A stretch of 64,000 nucleotides of DNA from Podarcis melisellensis. Lineage: Eukaryota. Below, piece after piece: positions 62,350 through 64,000 of the stretch. Position numbers and translations under genes: made by a program. The notes beneath the pieces were generated by a model, which was given only the letters and a program-made list of their open reading frames with translations, made no database searches and had not been told where the DNA came from. The stretch lies in NCBI GenBank assembly GCA_964234715.1, contig OZ174275.1; one strand, written 5' to 3'. Positions within the stretch are counted from its first letter, which is position 1, and each line of letters begins with the position of its first letter.

Positions 62350-62718
62350 AATTGGTTTGGCTCCCATTTCCAAGCACAATTCAAAGTGTTGGTGCTGACC
62401 TTTAAAGCCCTAAACAGCCTCGACCCAGTATACCTGAAGGAACATCTCCATCCCCATTGTTCAGCCTGGACACTGAGGTCTGGCTCTGAGGGCCTTCTGG
62501 CAGTTCTCTCACTGTGAGAAGTGAAGTTACAGGGAACCAGGCAGAGGGCCTTCTCGGTAGTGGCGTCCACCCTAGGGAAGTTTTTAATGTTTGATGTTTT
62601 ATTGTGCTTTTAATTCTTTTGGGAACCGCCCAGAGCGGCTGGTGAAACCCAACCAGATGGGCAGGGTATGTATGTATGTATGTATGTATGTATGTATGTA
62701 TAAATTATTATTATTATT
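62350..62718 (+). mobile_element. L2 3' fragment with (TATG)n and (TTA)n tail
   Basis: FKVLVLTFKALNSLDPVYLKEHL; GGCAGAGGGCCTTCTCGGTAGTGGC motif; 3' stem-loop region and tail. Confidence 0.85.
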
Positions 62719-62777
62719 TCCTTTCTGCAGAAAACCCTGGGAACTGGAGTTCTATGAACAGGAGTAGAATATACATA

Positions 62778-63131
62778 GGTAAAGGTAAAGGGACCCCTGA
62801 CCATTAGGTCCAGTCGTGGCCGACTCTGGGGTTGCGGCGCTCATCTCGCTTTATTGACCGAGGGAGCCGGCGTACAGCTTCCAGTTCATGTGGCCAGCAT
62901 GACTAAGCCGCTTCTGGCGAACCAGAGCAGCGCACGGAAGCGCTGTTCACCTTCCTGCCGGAGCAGTACCTATTTATCTACTTGCACTTTGCCGTGCTTT
63001 CGAACTGCTAGGTTGGCAGGAGCAGGGACCGAGCAACGGGAGCTCACCCCGTCGCAAAGATTTGAACCGCCGACCTTCTGATCGGCAAGTCCTAGGCTCT
63101 GTGGTTTAACCCACAGTGCAACATGTGTCCC
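62778..63131 (-). mobile_element. Sauria SINE, full length
   Basis: (ACCTTT)n tail; perfect 12-bp TSD AGAATATACATA (62766-62777 / 63132-63143). Confidence 0.94.
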
Positions 63132-63356
63132 AGAATATACATATGTGTTTTTAAAAAAATGAAATACAAAATGTCAAAATACAAAGAAAAATATAACTCT
63201 ATTACATATGTTATACACAACCTTAAGAGACAGAGTCTTTACAAAAAGCTCATGGGCTATTTCAACTGAAACAAATATGTAAATATGAAAGGAAACTGTG
63301 ATCAGGAATGTTCCTTTGTTTAATTTGTTTCCAGGCTGCTTAGTGCATGTAAGGCT

Positions 63357-63682
63357 CATACTATTCAACATTTCTCCAATGAAAATAGGGATGACCCATT
63401 CCATAATGATAATTTTACTATTTATACCCCTCACATCTTACTGGGTTGCCCCAGCCACTCTGGGCAGCTTCCAACATATATTAAAACAGAATAAAACAGT
63501 AAACATTTTTTAAAAACTTCCCTATGCAGAATAGCCTTCAGACGGCTTGGGGGGTCGGATAACTCCAATGAAAATAGGGATATTCTAAGGAAAAGTGGGA
63601 CATTCAAGGATCAAATCAGAAACTGTGACAACTTATCTAAATCAGGGACATCCCTGGAAAATAGGGACACTTGGAGGGTATG
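63357..63682. mobile_element. CATA-terminated non-autonomous DNA transposon carrying an L2 3' end
   Basis: Termini CATACTATTCAA / TTGGAGGGTATG (9/12); AATAGGGAC/GGGAC motifs; internal antisense L2 end at about 63419-63545. Confidence 0.6.
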
Positions 63683-63830
63683 TATGCTGAAATGTCCTTG
63701 TGAACTGGAGTCCTGAGCAAGCATGTACACCACAATTTAAAGAGCACACCCCGTAGAATCCTGGGAACTGCAGCTTACTACTCACAGAACTAGAATTCCC
63801 AGCATGCTTAACAAATTATAGTTCCAATTA

Positions 63831-64000
63831 CAGTGGTACCTTGGTTTTCAAGCATCTCGGAAGCAGCACGTTTCAGTTTTTGAACACCAGAAGTAATTTA
63901 TTTCATTTTCAAATGCTTTTCGGAAGTCGAATGGCTTCTGCTGCATTTCTTTCAATTTTCTCAACTGACTTTGCTGACTGCCCTTTGCGCCTTGGTTGTC
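63831..64000. mobile_element. Tc1/mariner MITE, truncated by window end
   Basis: TA|CAGTGGTACCTTGGTTTTCAA, similar to the 32917 copy. Confidence 0.8.

Noticed and set aside
1-64000. Most short ORFs in the six-frame track as protein-coding genes
   Set aside because: 60-150 aa, no recognisable domains, many start at non-ATG codons or overlap repeats; expected noise in vertebrate intronic DNA.
54700-64000. Exons of a downstream neighbouring gene
   Set aside because: No recognisable coding exon on either strand.

Overview
Eukaryotic, AT-rich vertebrate genomic DNA. The repeat content (Sauria SINEs, BovB, Penelope, CR1, L2, Tc1/mariner and hAT MITEs) points to a squamate, probably a lacertid lizard. 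The only host gene I can support is STXBP6 (amisyn) on the + strand. Its last four coding exons lie at 29536-29666, 31385-31550, 45863-46020 and 50125-50148, followed by a long, repeat-poor putative 3' UTR running to about 53.2-54.7 kb. The ATG-bearing exon is not in the window, so 1-29535 is most likely one large intron. Almost all ORF-track entries are spurious or transposon-derived. I see no convincing new multi-gene system. The most unusual features are: (1) an antisense 5' LTR + PBS + splice donor of an ERV-like element running off the left edge; (2) a probable sense-oriented solo LTR in intron sequence; (3) a three-layer nested insertion with all three target-site duplications (TSDs) readable; (4) two related CATA-terminated DNA transposons carrying LINE fragments; (5) a 57-bp-arm Penelope palindrome lacking its hammerhead core; (6) a 297-nt phase-symmetric exon pair that could form a stop-free circRNA. 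Repeat-family names come from recognition of motifs, not from database searches.
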